A stretch of DNA of 64,000 nucleotides, from positions 95,436-159,435 of IMG/VR virus record IMGVR_UViG_3300007734_000759, one strand, 5' to 3'. The stretch is from a virus. The notes beneath the pieces are model-generated. The model saw only the letters and a list, made by a program, of their open reading frames with translations. It was not told where the DNA came from and ran no database searches. Positions 9,630 to 21,124 of the stretch are shown here, one piece after another; position 1 is the first letter of the stretch, and every line of letters starts with the position of its first letter. The position numbers and the translations under genes were made by a program.

Positions 9630-10064
9630 ATGACACATTTCTTGTTAAGGGAACGTATGAACGACCCATTTGACATTTTGTTCAGAGACTTTTTTAATTC
9701 AAATTCAAATTTCAACTTTCTCTCTGACGTAAAAATCACACACCCAGTAGATATTTTCGAAGATCCACAAGGACTGCATTTTGAAATTGCATGTACTGGA
9801 CTTACAAAAGAAGACGTAAACATCGACATCGAAGGCGATGTACTAAAGGTTTCGTATACAAGACCTAAAGGAGACGACTCTCCAGACTCAGAAGACCGTA
9901 CTTATCTAGTTAAGAACGTAGCTCGTAGGTCTTTCAACTTAGGTTACAAAATCTCAACACGTTTTGATCTTACAAAAGCAGAGGCCAACATGCAAGGAGG
10001 TCTGTTGCACATCTCAATTCCATTTGCAGAAAGTTCCAAACCAAGATCTTTGAAAATTAAATAA
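9630..10064 (+). CDS. Small heat shock protein (Hsp20)
   Basis: PVDIFE, GLTKEDVNI and A.MQGGLL.ISIP alpha-crystallin motifs. Confidence 0.92.
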   Translation: MTHFLLRERMNDPFDILFRDFFNSNSNFNFLSDVKITHPVDIFEDPQGLHFEIACTGLTKEDVNIDIEGDVLKVSYTRPKGDDSPDSEDRTYLVKNVARRSFNLGYKISTRFDLTKAEANMQGGLLHISIPFAESSKPRSLKIK

Positions 10065-10146
10065 TCCAATAGCCCTTGGGTTTTTTCAAAGATTATTGTT
10101 GGGAAATCGAAAAAAGTTTCGTATCTTAAAGATATAATCAAAAGTT

Positions 10147-10422
10147 ATGGGAAAAAAGAAAACAGATCAAAACAGCGGAGTAATTACTGATCCTGCAATG
10201 GAGCCTTACTTCATTACAATGGATGAATACAATTTCACATTGATGAAGAAGTACAATGGAGAAAAGGGACACGCAGCTACTGTAGGATACTTCAACTCCT
10301 TCGGTGCATGCGTACGAGCTATTGCTTCATACCAATCCAGACAAGGACAGTTTGACTCGCTCAATGAGTATGTGACAAACTATCAAACAATTGTTGACAA
10401 ATTAAATGTATTAGATAAATAA
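10147..10422 (+). CDS. Hypothetical phage protein
   Basis: ORF with AAGTTATG start context after a CGTATCTTAA box. Confidence 0.6.
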   Translation: MGKKKTDQNSGVITDPAMEPYFITMDEYNFTLMKKYNGEKGHAATVGYFNSFGACVRAIASYQSRQGQFDSLNEYVTNYQTIVDKLNVLDK

Positions 10423-10423
10423 C

Positions 10424-12351
<1,928 letters not shown>

Positions 12352-12359
12352 TCAAGGTT

Positions 12360-12626
12360 ATGTCAAAGACAGAACAAGTAGAAGTTTTGACTAAGATCGC
12401 CGTAAGGGTTCCACCTGGTGATCGCTGGCAGATGGTGGTAGGAGAGGATCAGAAAACGATCCTCCCTACTCTCACCGATGCTTTGGAGAAGTATGTTACA
12501 CAAGCAGCAGGACGTTGTCCCTTTCGCTTAGATCCTTTTGAAGGTAGTTTATATGCAATTGGAACTCAAGAACAACCTCTTCCTGAACCTGAAGTTAAAA
12601 GATACAGCATCTACGACGAGTATTAA
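12360..12626 (+). CDS. Hypothetical protein
   Basis: Tightly packed ORF within the operon. Confidence 0.6.
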   Translation: MSKTEQVEVLTKIAVRVPPGDRWQMVVGEDQKTILPTLTDALEKYVTQAAGRCPFRLDPFEGSLYAIGTQEQPLPEPEVKRYSIYDEY

Positions 12627-12829
12627 TGAAACACTTTATCCACTATACAGTAAAATGGATTGCAGGAAACTTATCGATACCTTTTTGGATGGTAGGTCAT
12701 GTGCACCTAAGCTTGAATGTATATGAGGATATTTACGAGATCCTGGCGTCATTAGGAATGAACATCTTAGTTGGCGCTGGGTTCTTTTTAGAATGGAAAG
12801 AATATAAAAACCAGTTAAATAATAAATGA
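12626..12829 (+). CDS. Small membrane protein
   Basis: Two hydrophobic segments; TAATG translational coupling. Confidence 0.55.
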   Translation: MKHFIHYTVKWIAGNLSIPFWMVGHVHLSLNVYEDIYEILASLGMNILVGAGFFLEWKEYKNQLNNK

Positions 12830-13080
12830 TGGAAAATCAACAACAGATGAAGTTGAATATCGACTTCAATAACACCACAGGTGTAGAATCAGAAGATGGA
12901 AATGTAGTGTTTCAAGAAGGATTTATTCTTCGTAGAGTATCTAAATTTGTAACAGGAACACAAGAAGACGGCATCATCCCCATCCCAGTATTCTACGACG
13001 TTGCAACAGGAAAGATTTTGAAAGAGACATTACCTAAGGAAATCCGTAAGTTTTACGAGGATGGATCAACTGAAGGATAA
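12826..13080 (+). CDS. Hypothetical phage protein
   Basis: Translationally coupled ORF. Confidence 0.6.
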   Translation: MMENQQQMKLNIDFNNTTGVESEDGNVVFQEGFILRRVSKFVTGTQEDGIIPIPVFYDVATGKILKETLPKEIRKFYEDGSTEG

Positions 13081-13324
13081 GATCACGGAAGCAGTTATCG
13101 AGGACTTAAAGTCTCGAAGTGAGAGAGGTATTAAGAAGTACAACACAACTTTGGACCAGAATAACAAAGACAACTACATGCAACACGCATACGAAGAAGC
13201 CTTGGATCTGGCTCAGTACCTCAAAAAGGAAATGTCTATCATTCCAGATCTACAACAGATGATGATGGATTATCCAAACGATATTGAATTTGCTCAGGCA
13301 GTTCGTAAAAAGTATTCTAAGTAA
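13061..13324 (+). CDS. Putative all-alpha (MazG-like) nucleotide pyrophosphohydrolase
   Basis: R..RG..KY.TTL...HAYEEALDLAQY pattern with an EExxD metal-binding helix. Confidence 0.5.
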   Translation: MDQLKDKITEAVIEDLKSRSERGIKKYNTTLDQNNKDNYMQHAYEEALDLAQYLKKEMSIIPDLQQMMMDYPNDIEFAQAVRKKYSK

Positions 13325-14253
13325 TGGCAAAGAAAGTACCTTCTGCTGTAAAGCAAATACAAAACCATATATTGATGGAGCAAGGAGAGACTAAAGCAAT
13401 CTCATTCTCTCAAATGCAGACATATTTAACCTGCCCTCACAAATGGGATTTGCAGTACCGGCAGAAGTTACTTCCTTTTGAACAGTCAATACATACAACT
13501 TTTGGAACAAGCTTCCACGAGCTGATGCAACACTACTTGACAACTCTATACACAGAGACAGCTAAAGCAGCAGATCAAATCGATGCACAGCAGTACTTAC
13601 TTGAAAGACTGCAACACAATTACAGAGAGGGTGTAGAGCAGAACGGAGAACACTACTCAACCAAACAACAACTTGCAGAGTTCTATGAAGATGGTTTAGC
13701 TATCTTCGAATGGTTTCGTAAAAAAAGAACTGCATACTTCACAACTAAAGGTTGGCATTTAGTAGGAGTTGAGATTCCGTTACTAACCCCTGCGTTTGAC
13801 AGTAATCCTAACGTGTTATACAAAGGATTTATCGATTTGGTGATGTACGATGAGGGTAGTGAGAAATATTACATCTACGACATCAAAACATCTACAAGAG
13901 GATGGGGAGATAGAGAAAAGAAAGATCCAACCAAAGTAGCACAAGTACTCCTATATAAAAAGTACTACGCTCAGCAATTTAACGTTAGTGAGGATCAAAT
14001 CGAAGTAGAATTCTTTATTGTTAAGAGGAAGCTGATGGAGAACTGCGACTTTCCTCAAAAAAGAGTTCAGCTATTTAAACCTACACAAGGAGCAGCCAAG
14101 GTAAAGGCAGCAGTACAATTAGTACATGACTTCATCACTGACTGTTTCGATGAGCAAGGTAAACCTATTGAAAAGGAATATACAAAGAATCTTAATGAGT
14201 ATTCTTGTAAGTTTTGTCCATTTTTAGATCGAAATGATCTATGTAGTAAATGA
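13324..14253 (+). CDS. PD-(D/E)XK exonuclease, Cas4/AddB-like
   Basis: SFS...CP, FGT.FH, GFIDLV...DIKT, Q..LY, and C-terminal CKFCPF...C. Confidence 0.85.
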   Translation: MAKKVPSAVKQIQNHILMEQGETKAISFSQMQTYLTCPHKWDLQYRQKLLPFEQSIHTTFGTSFHELMQHYLTTLYTETAKAADQIDAQQYLLERLQHNYREGVEQNGEHYSTKQQLAEFYEDGLAIFEWFRKKRTAYFTTKGWHLVGVEIPLLTPAFDSNPNVLYKGFIDLVMYDEGSEKYYIYDIKTSTRGWGDREKKDPTKVAQVLLYKKYYAQQFNVSEDQIEVEFFIVKRKLMENCDFPQKRVQLFKPTQGAAKVKAAVQLVHDFITDCFDEQGKPIEKEYTKNLNEYSCKFCPFLDRNDLCSK

Positions 14254-14292
14254 TAAAACATATATATTTATATATAAATAACTGTTACGAAC

Positions 14293-14469
14293 ATGGATAC
14301 CAAAGGAAGAGTTTTAACAAGTGTGAAGGTCGATAAAGACATCTTCGAAGAGTACAAAGTAGCTTGTGTCAAGTACAAATTTAATTTTCAGAAGCTTGCC
14401 GATAGAGCAATGCATCTTTATCTAACAGACGAGGACTTTAGAAGAAAATTAAATAGTCATAAGTTGTAA
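14293..14469 (+). CDS. Small ribbon-helix-helix-like protein (58 aa, absent from the ORF track)
   Basis: MDTKGRVLTSVKVDKDIFEEYKVACVKYKFNFQKLADRAMHLYL shows an RHH pattern; TATTTAT at 14265. Confidence 0.65.
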   Translation: MDTKGRVLTSVKVDKDIFEEYKVACVKYKFNFQKLADRAMHLYLTDEDFRRKLNSHKL

Positions 14470-14511
14470 GTATTAAATTTAGTTACTATATTAGTTTTAT
14501 AAATCAAATTT

Positions 14512-15945
14512 ATGGAAATGAAACAGGGTTATATCCCAAAAAATCAAAGAAAGAAAATCTTACTGATGTGCGATGATATTCGAATGCACTCAGGAGTGGC
14601 TAACGTAGGTAAGGATTTAGTTATCCATCTAGCACATAAGTACAATTGGCTCAACATTGGAGGAGCAATTAACCACCCTGAGGCAGGACAAAAGCTGGAT
14701 ATTTCACAAGACACTAATAAACTAGCAGGCATTGAAGATTCTGAGGTATTCGTAATTCCCTCTAACGGGTACGGAGATCAAATGTTCCTTCGTCAAATCT
14801 TACAAATTGAGAAACCGGATGCTATCTTTTTAATTACCGATCCTAGATACTGGGCTTGGTTATTCGCAATGGAAAATGAAATTCGTAAGAATATACCAAT
14901 TGTTTACTTAAACATCTGGGATGATTATCCTGCACCACAATACAATGAAGCGTTTTACGAATCTTGTGATGCTCTTCTTGCAATTTCAAAACAGACTAAG
15001 AATATCAATGAGATTGTATTAGGAGCAAAAGCTAAAAGTAAAATTATTGAGTATGTTCCTCATGGGATAAATGAAAATAATTTCTTTCCTATTAGTACTA
15101 CTGATATTGAATACAATAATTTTAAAAATAGATTATTAGGAGGTGAGAAGGATTTTGTATTACTATTCAATTCTCGAAACATTCGTAGAAAACAAATCGC
15201 AGACACAATCTTAGCATATAAACATTTTATTGACGGACTATCGGAAGAGCAAGCTAAAAAATGTGCTTTTGTATTGCATACACAACCAGTGGATGAGAAT
15301 GGAACTGATCTGTATGCAGTTAAAGAATATTTCTGCTCCGATGAAAAGTACAACATTATATTCTCAGATAAGCCACTTCCTCCTAAAGAGATGAACTACC
15401 TATACAACATGGCAGATGCTACTATCTTATTAACTTCTAACGAAGGTTGGGGATTGGCATTGACAGAGAGTTTAGTAGCAGGTACTTGCATTATCGCAAA
15501 CGTAACAGGAGGTATGCAAGATCAAATGCGATTTGTAGATAAGAAAGGAAAATGGATTAACTTCACACCTGAGTTCCCATCTAACCATAGAGGAACCTTT
15601 AAGAAGTGTGGAGAGTGGGCATTTCCTGTATTTCCAACTAACTTATCAATTCAAGGGTCGGTTCCTACACCTTACATCTTCGACGATAGATGTTCTTGGG
15701 AGGACGCTGCTAAGCAAATAAAAGCAGTATACAGTTTACCAAAGCAAGAAAGAATTGAAAGAGGTTTGAAAGGTAGAGAATGGGCTACAGGAGATGAAGC
15801 AGGATTCACAGCCGAGAAGATGGCAAAACGAGCTGAGAACGCTATGGAGGAGTTGTTTGAAACTTGGAAACCACGAAAGAAGTATGAACTAGTGGCTGAC
15901 ACAGATTATACTAAGAAAACCCTTAAACATAATTTGATTTATTAA
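14512..15945 (+). CDS. Glycosyltransferase, GT4 (GT-B fold)
   Basis: SGVA, YVPHGI, RNIRRK and NEGWGLALTE. Confidence 0.85.
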   Translation: MEMKQGYIPKNQRKKILLMCDDIRMHSGVANVGKDLVIHLAHKYNWLNIGGAINHPEAGQKLDISQDTNKLAGIEDSEVFVIPSNGYGDQMFLRQILQIEKPDAIFLITDPRYWAWLFAMENEIRKNIPIVYLNIWDDYPAPQYNEAFYESCDALLAISKQTKNINEIVLGAKAKSKIIEYVPHGINENNFFPISTTDIEYNNFKNRLLGGEKDFVLLFNSRNIRRKQIADTILAYKHFIDGLSEEQAKKCAFVLHTQPVDENGTDLYAVKEYFCSDEKYNIIFSDKPLPPKEMNYLYNMADATILLTSNEGWGLALTESLVAGTCIIANVTGGMQDQMRFVDKKGKWINFTPEFPSNHRGTFKKCGEWAFPVFPTNLSIQGSVPTPYIFDDRCSWEDAAKQIKAVYSLPKQERIERGLKGREWATGDEAGFTAEKMAKRAENAMEELFETWKPRKKYELVADTDYTKKTLKHNLIY

Positions 15946-15946
15946 T

Positions 15947-17272
15947 ATGAAACCAGTATTTGTAATAAGCTGCCCTATCGATACCTACTCAGGATACGGA
16001 GCTCGTTCTAGAGACTTAGTCAAAGCAGTTATAGACTTAGATAAGTATGATGTAAAAATAGCACCACAACGATGGGGAAATACTCCTTGGAACTTTATTG
16101 AAGATCATAAAGAGCAGTGGGGATTCTTAAAAAAATATTTTCTAAACTCTCCTCAACTCAACAAGCAGCCAGAAGTATGGATGCAGATCACTGTACCAAA
16201 CGAGTTTCAACCTATCGGAAAGTTTAATATAGGGGTGACAGCGGGTATTGAGACAACAATCTGTGATGCTTCATGGATCCAAGGATTGAACCGTATGAAC
16301 TTAAATTTAGTCTCCTCAAATCACGCTAAGCAAGTATTTATGGAATCTAAATACGAGCAAAGGGATCAAAACACTCACCAAGTGGTAGGCATAGTAGAGT
16401 TGAATAAACCTGTAAAAGTGTTAATGGAAGGAGCTCATTTAGATGTCTATAAACACCTCAATTGGGAAGACATGACCAACCCAATTCCAGAACTAGACTC
16501 TATTACAGAAGATTTTTGCTACCTTGTTGTAGGTCATTGGATGCAAGGAGACTTAGGAGAGGATAGAAAGAATATAGGACTAACAGTAAAATCTTTTTAC
16601 GAAACGTTTAAGAATAGGGAAAAAGCTCCTGCATTAATTTTAAAAACTAGCAGCATAGGAGCATCTTATATGGACCGTAGTGATATACTACGTAGGATAA
16701 ACATTATACGAGATTCTGTTAAAGCAACAACTTTACCAAAAGTATACTTGCTCCATGGCGAGTTCTCCGATACAGAGATGAATATTATATATAATCATCC
16801 TAAGGTTAAAGCAATGGTTAGTTTGACTAAGGGTGAAGGTTTTGGGAGACCCTTACTAGAATTCTCATTGACTAAAAAACCAATCATAGCAACAGGTTGG
16901 TCGGGCCACACAGACTTCCTGGATCCTGAATATACTAATCTACTAACAGGAGAGCTTAAAAACGTACATCCATCAGCAGCAATACAGTCTATGATTCTTC
17001 AAGAGTCTCAATGGCTGTCTGTAGATGTGCAGCAGGTAGCAGCCACACTTATGGATGTTTTTACAAACTATGATAAACAGCTATCTAAAGCAAAGAGACA
17101 GTACCATAGGTCTAAATCCAAATTCAGCTACGAAGCAATGGCAACTGATTTAGGATACATCTTGGATAGATACCTTCCAGAGTTTCCAAAACCTTTGCAA
17201 CTGAAGTTACCCCAGCTTAAAAAAATTGAATTACCTAAGCTTAAAAAAGTAGAAGAAAATGAAAAAGGATAA
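15947..17272 (+). CDS. Glycosyltransferase, GT4-like
   Basis: YSGYG, DRKN and GEGFGRPLLE. Confidence 0.8.
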   Translation: MKPVFVISCPIDTYSGYGARSRDLVKAVIDLDKYDVKIAPQRWGNTPWNFIEDHKEQWGFLKKYFLNSPQLNKQPEVWMQITVPNEFQPIGKFNIGVTAGIETTICDASWIQGLNRMNLNLVSSNHAKQVFMESKYEQRDQNTHQVVGIVELNKPVKVLMEGAHLDVYKHLNWEDMTNPIPELDSITEDFCYLVVGHWMQGDLGEDRKNIGLTVKSFYETFKNREKAPALILKTSSIGASYMDRSDILRRINIIRDSVKATTLPKVYLLHGEFSDTEMNIIYNHPKVKAMVSLTKGEGFGRPLLEFSLTKKPIIATGWSGHTDFLDPEYTNLLTGELKNVHPSAAIQSMILQESQWLSVDVQQVAATLMDVFTNYDKQLSKAKRQYHRSKSKFSYEAMATDLGYILDRYLPEFPKPLQLKLPQLKKIELPKLKKVEENEKG

Positions 17273-17723
17273 TATGGTAACATGCAATCGCTGTGGAGGT
17301 GATGCTTGCTATGAAAATAAAGTTAATGAATCTTTTACAACATATTGGTGTTTCGGATGTGGTTTTACATCCAACACCTTTATGCTTGAGGACCATGAAT
17401 TTTTTCTAAACCAGAAAGAAATTCTACCTGAGTTGTACAAGGATTTACTTTTTTACGATAAAGATCGCTACATTTGGATGCCTTCTAATACAAATATTCC
17501 AACCAAGGGTATGGTATTTTTAGATGGTCCTTCTAAGGATGATTGGTGGTGGAGCGCTGTATTAGCAGTACCTGTGAAGGATGAGGAAAAAGAAAAGTTC
17601 CCTATCCCCAGCCAAAAAGGAAAGTATTACTCTCATAGAGTAGATATGACTACTTTAAAGAAATATTCACATAGTGATTATATGGATGCATTGGACTACA
17701 TTGGAATTTTTGACGAGCAATGA
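17259..17723 (+). CDS. Zinc-ribbon hypothetical protein
   Basis: CNRC...CFGCG. Confidence 0.6.
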   Translation: MKKDNMVTCNRCGGDACYENKVNESFTTYWCFGCGFTSNTFMLEDHEFFLNQKEILPELYKDLLFYDKDRYIWMPSNTNIPTKGMVFLDGPSKDDWWWSAVLAVPVKDEEKEKFPIPSQKGKYYSHRVDMTTLKKYSHSDYMDALDYIGIFDEQ

Positions 17724-18352
17724 AGATTACATACGCAATAACAGCTTGTGATGAGCATAAGGAGCTAGAAAGGCTCCTTAGCTTTTTACAAGATAATATA
17801 GACGAGCAGGACGAGATTATAGTACAGCTTGATGCCGAAAATGCAACACCGGCTGTGATAAACGTTTGTCAAGCAGCTTTTAATCGTGATACAAAGGTTT
17901 ATTTTAACTATACATACTTTGCATTGGAAAAAGATTTTGCATCGTTTAAAAACAATCTATTTAATTTTTCCAAAGGAGATTTTATCTTTCAGATTGATGC
18001 TGATGAAATGCCGAGCATTGAGTTGATTTGCAATCTCAGACCTTTACTGGAGAGCAATCCCGACAACGAAGTGTATTTAGTTCCAAGAATCAATACAGTC
18101 GATGGACTTACTACAGAGCATATTATGAAGTGGGGGTGGAGATTGGACGAAAAAGGAAGAGTAAATTTTCCAGATTACCAGTGGCGGATTTACAAAAATT
18201 GTTCGTATATTAAATGGAAGAACAAAGTACATGAAGTTTTAGAAGGGTTCAAAACATATGCAGCATTACCGGCAGAGGATGGGTGGTGTTTAGTTCATCC
18301 AAAGAATATTAAAAGACAGGAAGCACAGAATAGTTTTTATAATAATTTATGA
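17720..18352 (+). CDS. Glycosyltransferase, GT2
   Basis: DFASFKN, FQIDADE, PDYQWR and VHE. Confidence 0.85.
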   Translation: MKITYAITACDEHKELERLLSFLQDNIDEQDEIIVQLDAENATPAVINVCQAAFNRDTKVYFNYTYFALEKDFASFKNNLFNFSKGDFIFQIDADEMPSIELICNLRPLLESNPDNEVYLVPRINTVDGLTTEHIMKWGWRLDEKGRVNFPDYQWRIYKNCSYIKWKNKVHEVLEGFKTYAALPAEDGWCLVHPKNIKRQEAQNSFYNNL

Positions 18353-19350
18353 AAAAAGCAGTAGTATTAGGAGGCGGTGGATTCATCGGAGGCCACTTAG
18401 CTAAAAGATTAAAACAAGAAGGGTATTGGGTTCGTATAGTGGATATTAAAAAACATGAATATTTTAACCATAATGATATTTGTCACGAGTTTATATTAGG
18501 AGATTTGAGAGATCCTGCGGTAGTCTCTCATGTAATCGATCAAGAGATTGACGAGCTATACCAACTAGCAGCTGATATGGGAGGTGCGGGATACATTTTT
18601 ACAGGAGATAACGACGCAAACGTAATGCACAACTCAGCTCTAATTAATTTAAACGTTGCCCTCGAGGCAACTAAAAAGAATGTAAAGAAGATATTCTACT
18701 CATCATCAGCTTGCATGTATCCTGAATATAATCAAATGGATCCTGATAACCCAAACTGTGAGGAAGCCTCCGCATACCCAGCTAATCCGGATTCAGAGTA
18801 TGGATGGGAAAAGTTATTTAGTGAGAGATTATTTTTAGCGTTTAATCGTAATTACAAGTTGGATGTTCGAATAGCTCGCTTTCATAACATATTCGGACCT
18901 TATGGTACTTGGAGAGGTGGTAAAGAGAAAGCACCAGCAGCTATGTGCCGTAAAGCAGCTGAAGCGCAAGATGGAGAAGAGGTTGAGGTGTGGGGAGATG
19001 GACTACAAACGAGATCTTTTCTGTATATTGATGAATGCCTTGAGATGGTACTTAGATTAATGAGACAAGATGGATTCACGGGACCCGTCAACATCGGTTC
19101 AGAAGAGATGGTCACAATTAATCAGCTTGCAAAGCTTGCCATTGAAGCTTCTAATAAGGATATTACTATTAATAACATCAGCGGAGAAGAATTCAAAGCT
19201 AAGTATGGATTTAAGTGTCCTATAGGTGTTAGAGGAAGAAACTCTGATAACAAATTATATAAAGAAAAAATAGGGTGGGAACCGACTCAACCACTCTATG
19301 AGGGTATGTTGAAAACGTTCGAATGGATAAATAAACAAGTAAATAAATGA
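18349..19350 (+). CDS. NAD-dependent epimerase, GDP-mannose 3,5-epimerase-like
   Basis: GGGGFIG, LAADMGG, YSSSACMYP, YGWEK, EKAPAA.CRK and GVRGRNSDN. Confidence 0.88.
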   Translation: MKKAVVLGGGGFIGGHLAKRLKQEGYWVRIVDIKKHEYFNHNDICHEFILGDLRDPAVVSHVIDQEIDELYQLAADMGGAGYIFTGDNDANVMHNSALINLNVALEATKKNVKKIFYSSSACMYPEYNQMDPDNPNCEEASAYPANPDSEYGWEKLFSERLFLAFNRNYKLDVRIARFHNIFGPYGTWRGGKEKAPAAMCRKAAEAQDGEEVEVWGDGLQTRSFLYIDECLEMVLRLMRQDGFTGPVNIGSEEMVTINQLAKLAIEASNKDITINNISGEEFKAKYGFKCPIGVRGRNSDNKLYKEKIGWEPTQPLYEGMLKTFEWINKQVNK

Positions 19351-20342
19351 AAAAAAGAGCACTCATTACAGGCATCACAGGACAAGATGGTTCTTACTTG
19401 GCTGAGTTTTTGTTGGAAAAAGATTACGAAGTGTGGGGCATAGTTAGAAGACAATCTACTTCTAACACACATAACATAGAACATCTGTTAGATAAAATTA
19501 ATTTAGTATACGCTGATTTAACAGACCTAGCTTCCTTACAATCAGCTATAATAAAATCAAATCCTCATGAAATTTACAATTTAGCAGCTCAAAGCCATGT
19601 AACTGTTAGTTATGAAAACCCTATTTATACTACAAATGTAGTAGCCATAGGTACTTTAAATTTACTAGAAGCTATAAGAAATTACGTCCCCTACGCTAAA
19701 TTATACCAGGCAGGGACTTCTGAGATGTTCGGTAACTCTATAGATTCTGATGGGTTTCAAAGAGAAACTACACAATTTAAACCAGCTAATCCATACGCTT
19801 GTGGAAAAGTGTTTTGTTATAATATTTGTAAAAATTATAGAAATGCATATAATTTATTTATAAGTAATGGTATTTTATTTAATCACGAATCACCAAGAAG
19901 AGGTGAAGAATTTGTAACAAGTAAAGTAGTTAGAGAAGCAGTTAAAATATCTCAAGGATTAGAAACAGAGCTTCACTTAGGAACATTATCCACATCAAGA
20001 GATTGGGGTCATGCTAAAGACTATGTTAAAGCTATGTGGATGATACTCCAACATGATGAACCAGATGATTTTGTTTGCTCTACAGGAATAACATATACTG
20101 TAGAGTATTTATGTGATTATGTGTTTAAAAAATTAGGATTAGATTATAAGCAGCATGTAGTACTAGATCCTAACTACTCTCGCCCAGAGGAAACCCACCA
20201 TTTAAAAGGAGACTGCTCTAAGTTAAAATTAGTGTTAGGTTGGAAACCTGAGTATACTTTTGAAAGTTTATTAGATGAAATGATTGAGTATTACCAAAAT
20301 AAACTTCCTTTAAGGTTATCTGATACGCATGGATGGAGATGA
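19347..20342 (+). CDS. gmd: GDP-mannose 4,6-dehydratase
   Basis: ITGITGQDGSYLAE, YNLAAQSHV, FNHESPRRG and RDWGHAKDYV. Confidence 0.92.
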   Translation: MKKRALITGITGQDGSYLAEFLLEKDYEVWGIVRRQSTSNTHNIEHLLDKINLVYADLTDLASLQSAIIKSNPHEIYNLAAQSHVTVSYENPIYTTNVVAIGTLNLLEAIRNYVPYAKLYQAGTSEMFGNSIDSDGFQRETTQFKPANPYACGKVFCYNICKNYRNAYNLFISNGILFNHESPRRGEEFVTSKVVREAVKISQGLETELHLGTLSTSRDWGHAKDYVKAMWMILQHDEPDDFVCSTGITYTVEYLCDYVFKKLGLDYKQHVVLDPNYSRPEETHHLKGDCSKLKLVLGWKPEYTFESLLDEMIEYYQNKLPLRLSDTHGWR

Positions 20343-20360
20343 CAAATATAATTTGAATAT

Positions 20361-21104
20361 ATGATAAACGATAAATTAAATAGTAAAATATGCTTAGTCT
20401 TCCAACCTCTTGGAATAGGAGATGTATTTTTTTGTCAAGCTATAGGTAAACATTTTATAGAAAAAGGATATAGAGTAGTATGGCCTTTAGCTTCCCATAT
20501 AATGTATATTACTGATTATATTGAAACTTATGGTATAGAATATGTAGATAGAGAAAGTGATTTCCCTAAAAAAGATTTTTATGTTGAACAAAATCCTTTA
20601 GTATTAGAAGAAGATTTTGTTTTTTTACCATTAGCTAATGCTTCTCATCGAGTGCCTAATTCCTCTCTTATGTATGCTAAATATGAATTAGTTGGATTAG
20701 ATTTTAAAATTTGGAAAGATTCTTTTACAATCAAAAGAAATGTAGAAAGAGAAAATAATCTATATTACAATGTATTAGGACTAAAAGAAGATGAAGAATA
20801 TGTTTTCTTAAATAGAAAATGGGGTACCCCACCTTATTACAACGAAGCACCATTTAGTGTGGATACAGATCTTAAAACAGTTGAAATGCAATTTATCCCA
20901 GGAGATAATATATTTGATTGGTTAAAGGTTATAGAAAACGCTTCTATGATAGTTACAGTTGATACAAGTTACTTGCTTTTAATGGAAAAATTAGATAATA
21001 TAAAATCAACAGCTTTTTATTGTTATCCAAGAAGTGGTACTTTAGATTTTGTTCCTATCATAGAAAAAATGTATAGCATAGATTGGCAATACTTTGTAAA
21101 ATAG
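20361..21104 (+). CDS. Putative glycosyltransferase (GT-B-like; paralogue of 22453)
   Basis: QP.GIGD N-terminus and VDTS motif, as seen in GT9-like enzymes. Confidence 0.55.
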   Translation: MINDKLNSKICLVFQPLGIGDVFFCQAIGKHFIEKGYRVVWPLASHIMYITDYIETYGIEYVDRESDFPKKDFYVEQNPLVLEEDFVFLPLANASHRVPNSSLMYAKYELVGLDFKIWKDSFTIKRNVERENNLYYNVLGLKEDEEYVFLNRKWGTPPYYNEAPFSVDTDLKTVEMQFIPGDNIFDWLKVIENASMIVTVDTSYLLLMEKLDNIKSTAFYCYPRSGTLDFVPIIEKMYSIDWQYFVK

Positions 21105-21124
21105 TATATTAATAATAAATAAAT

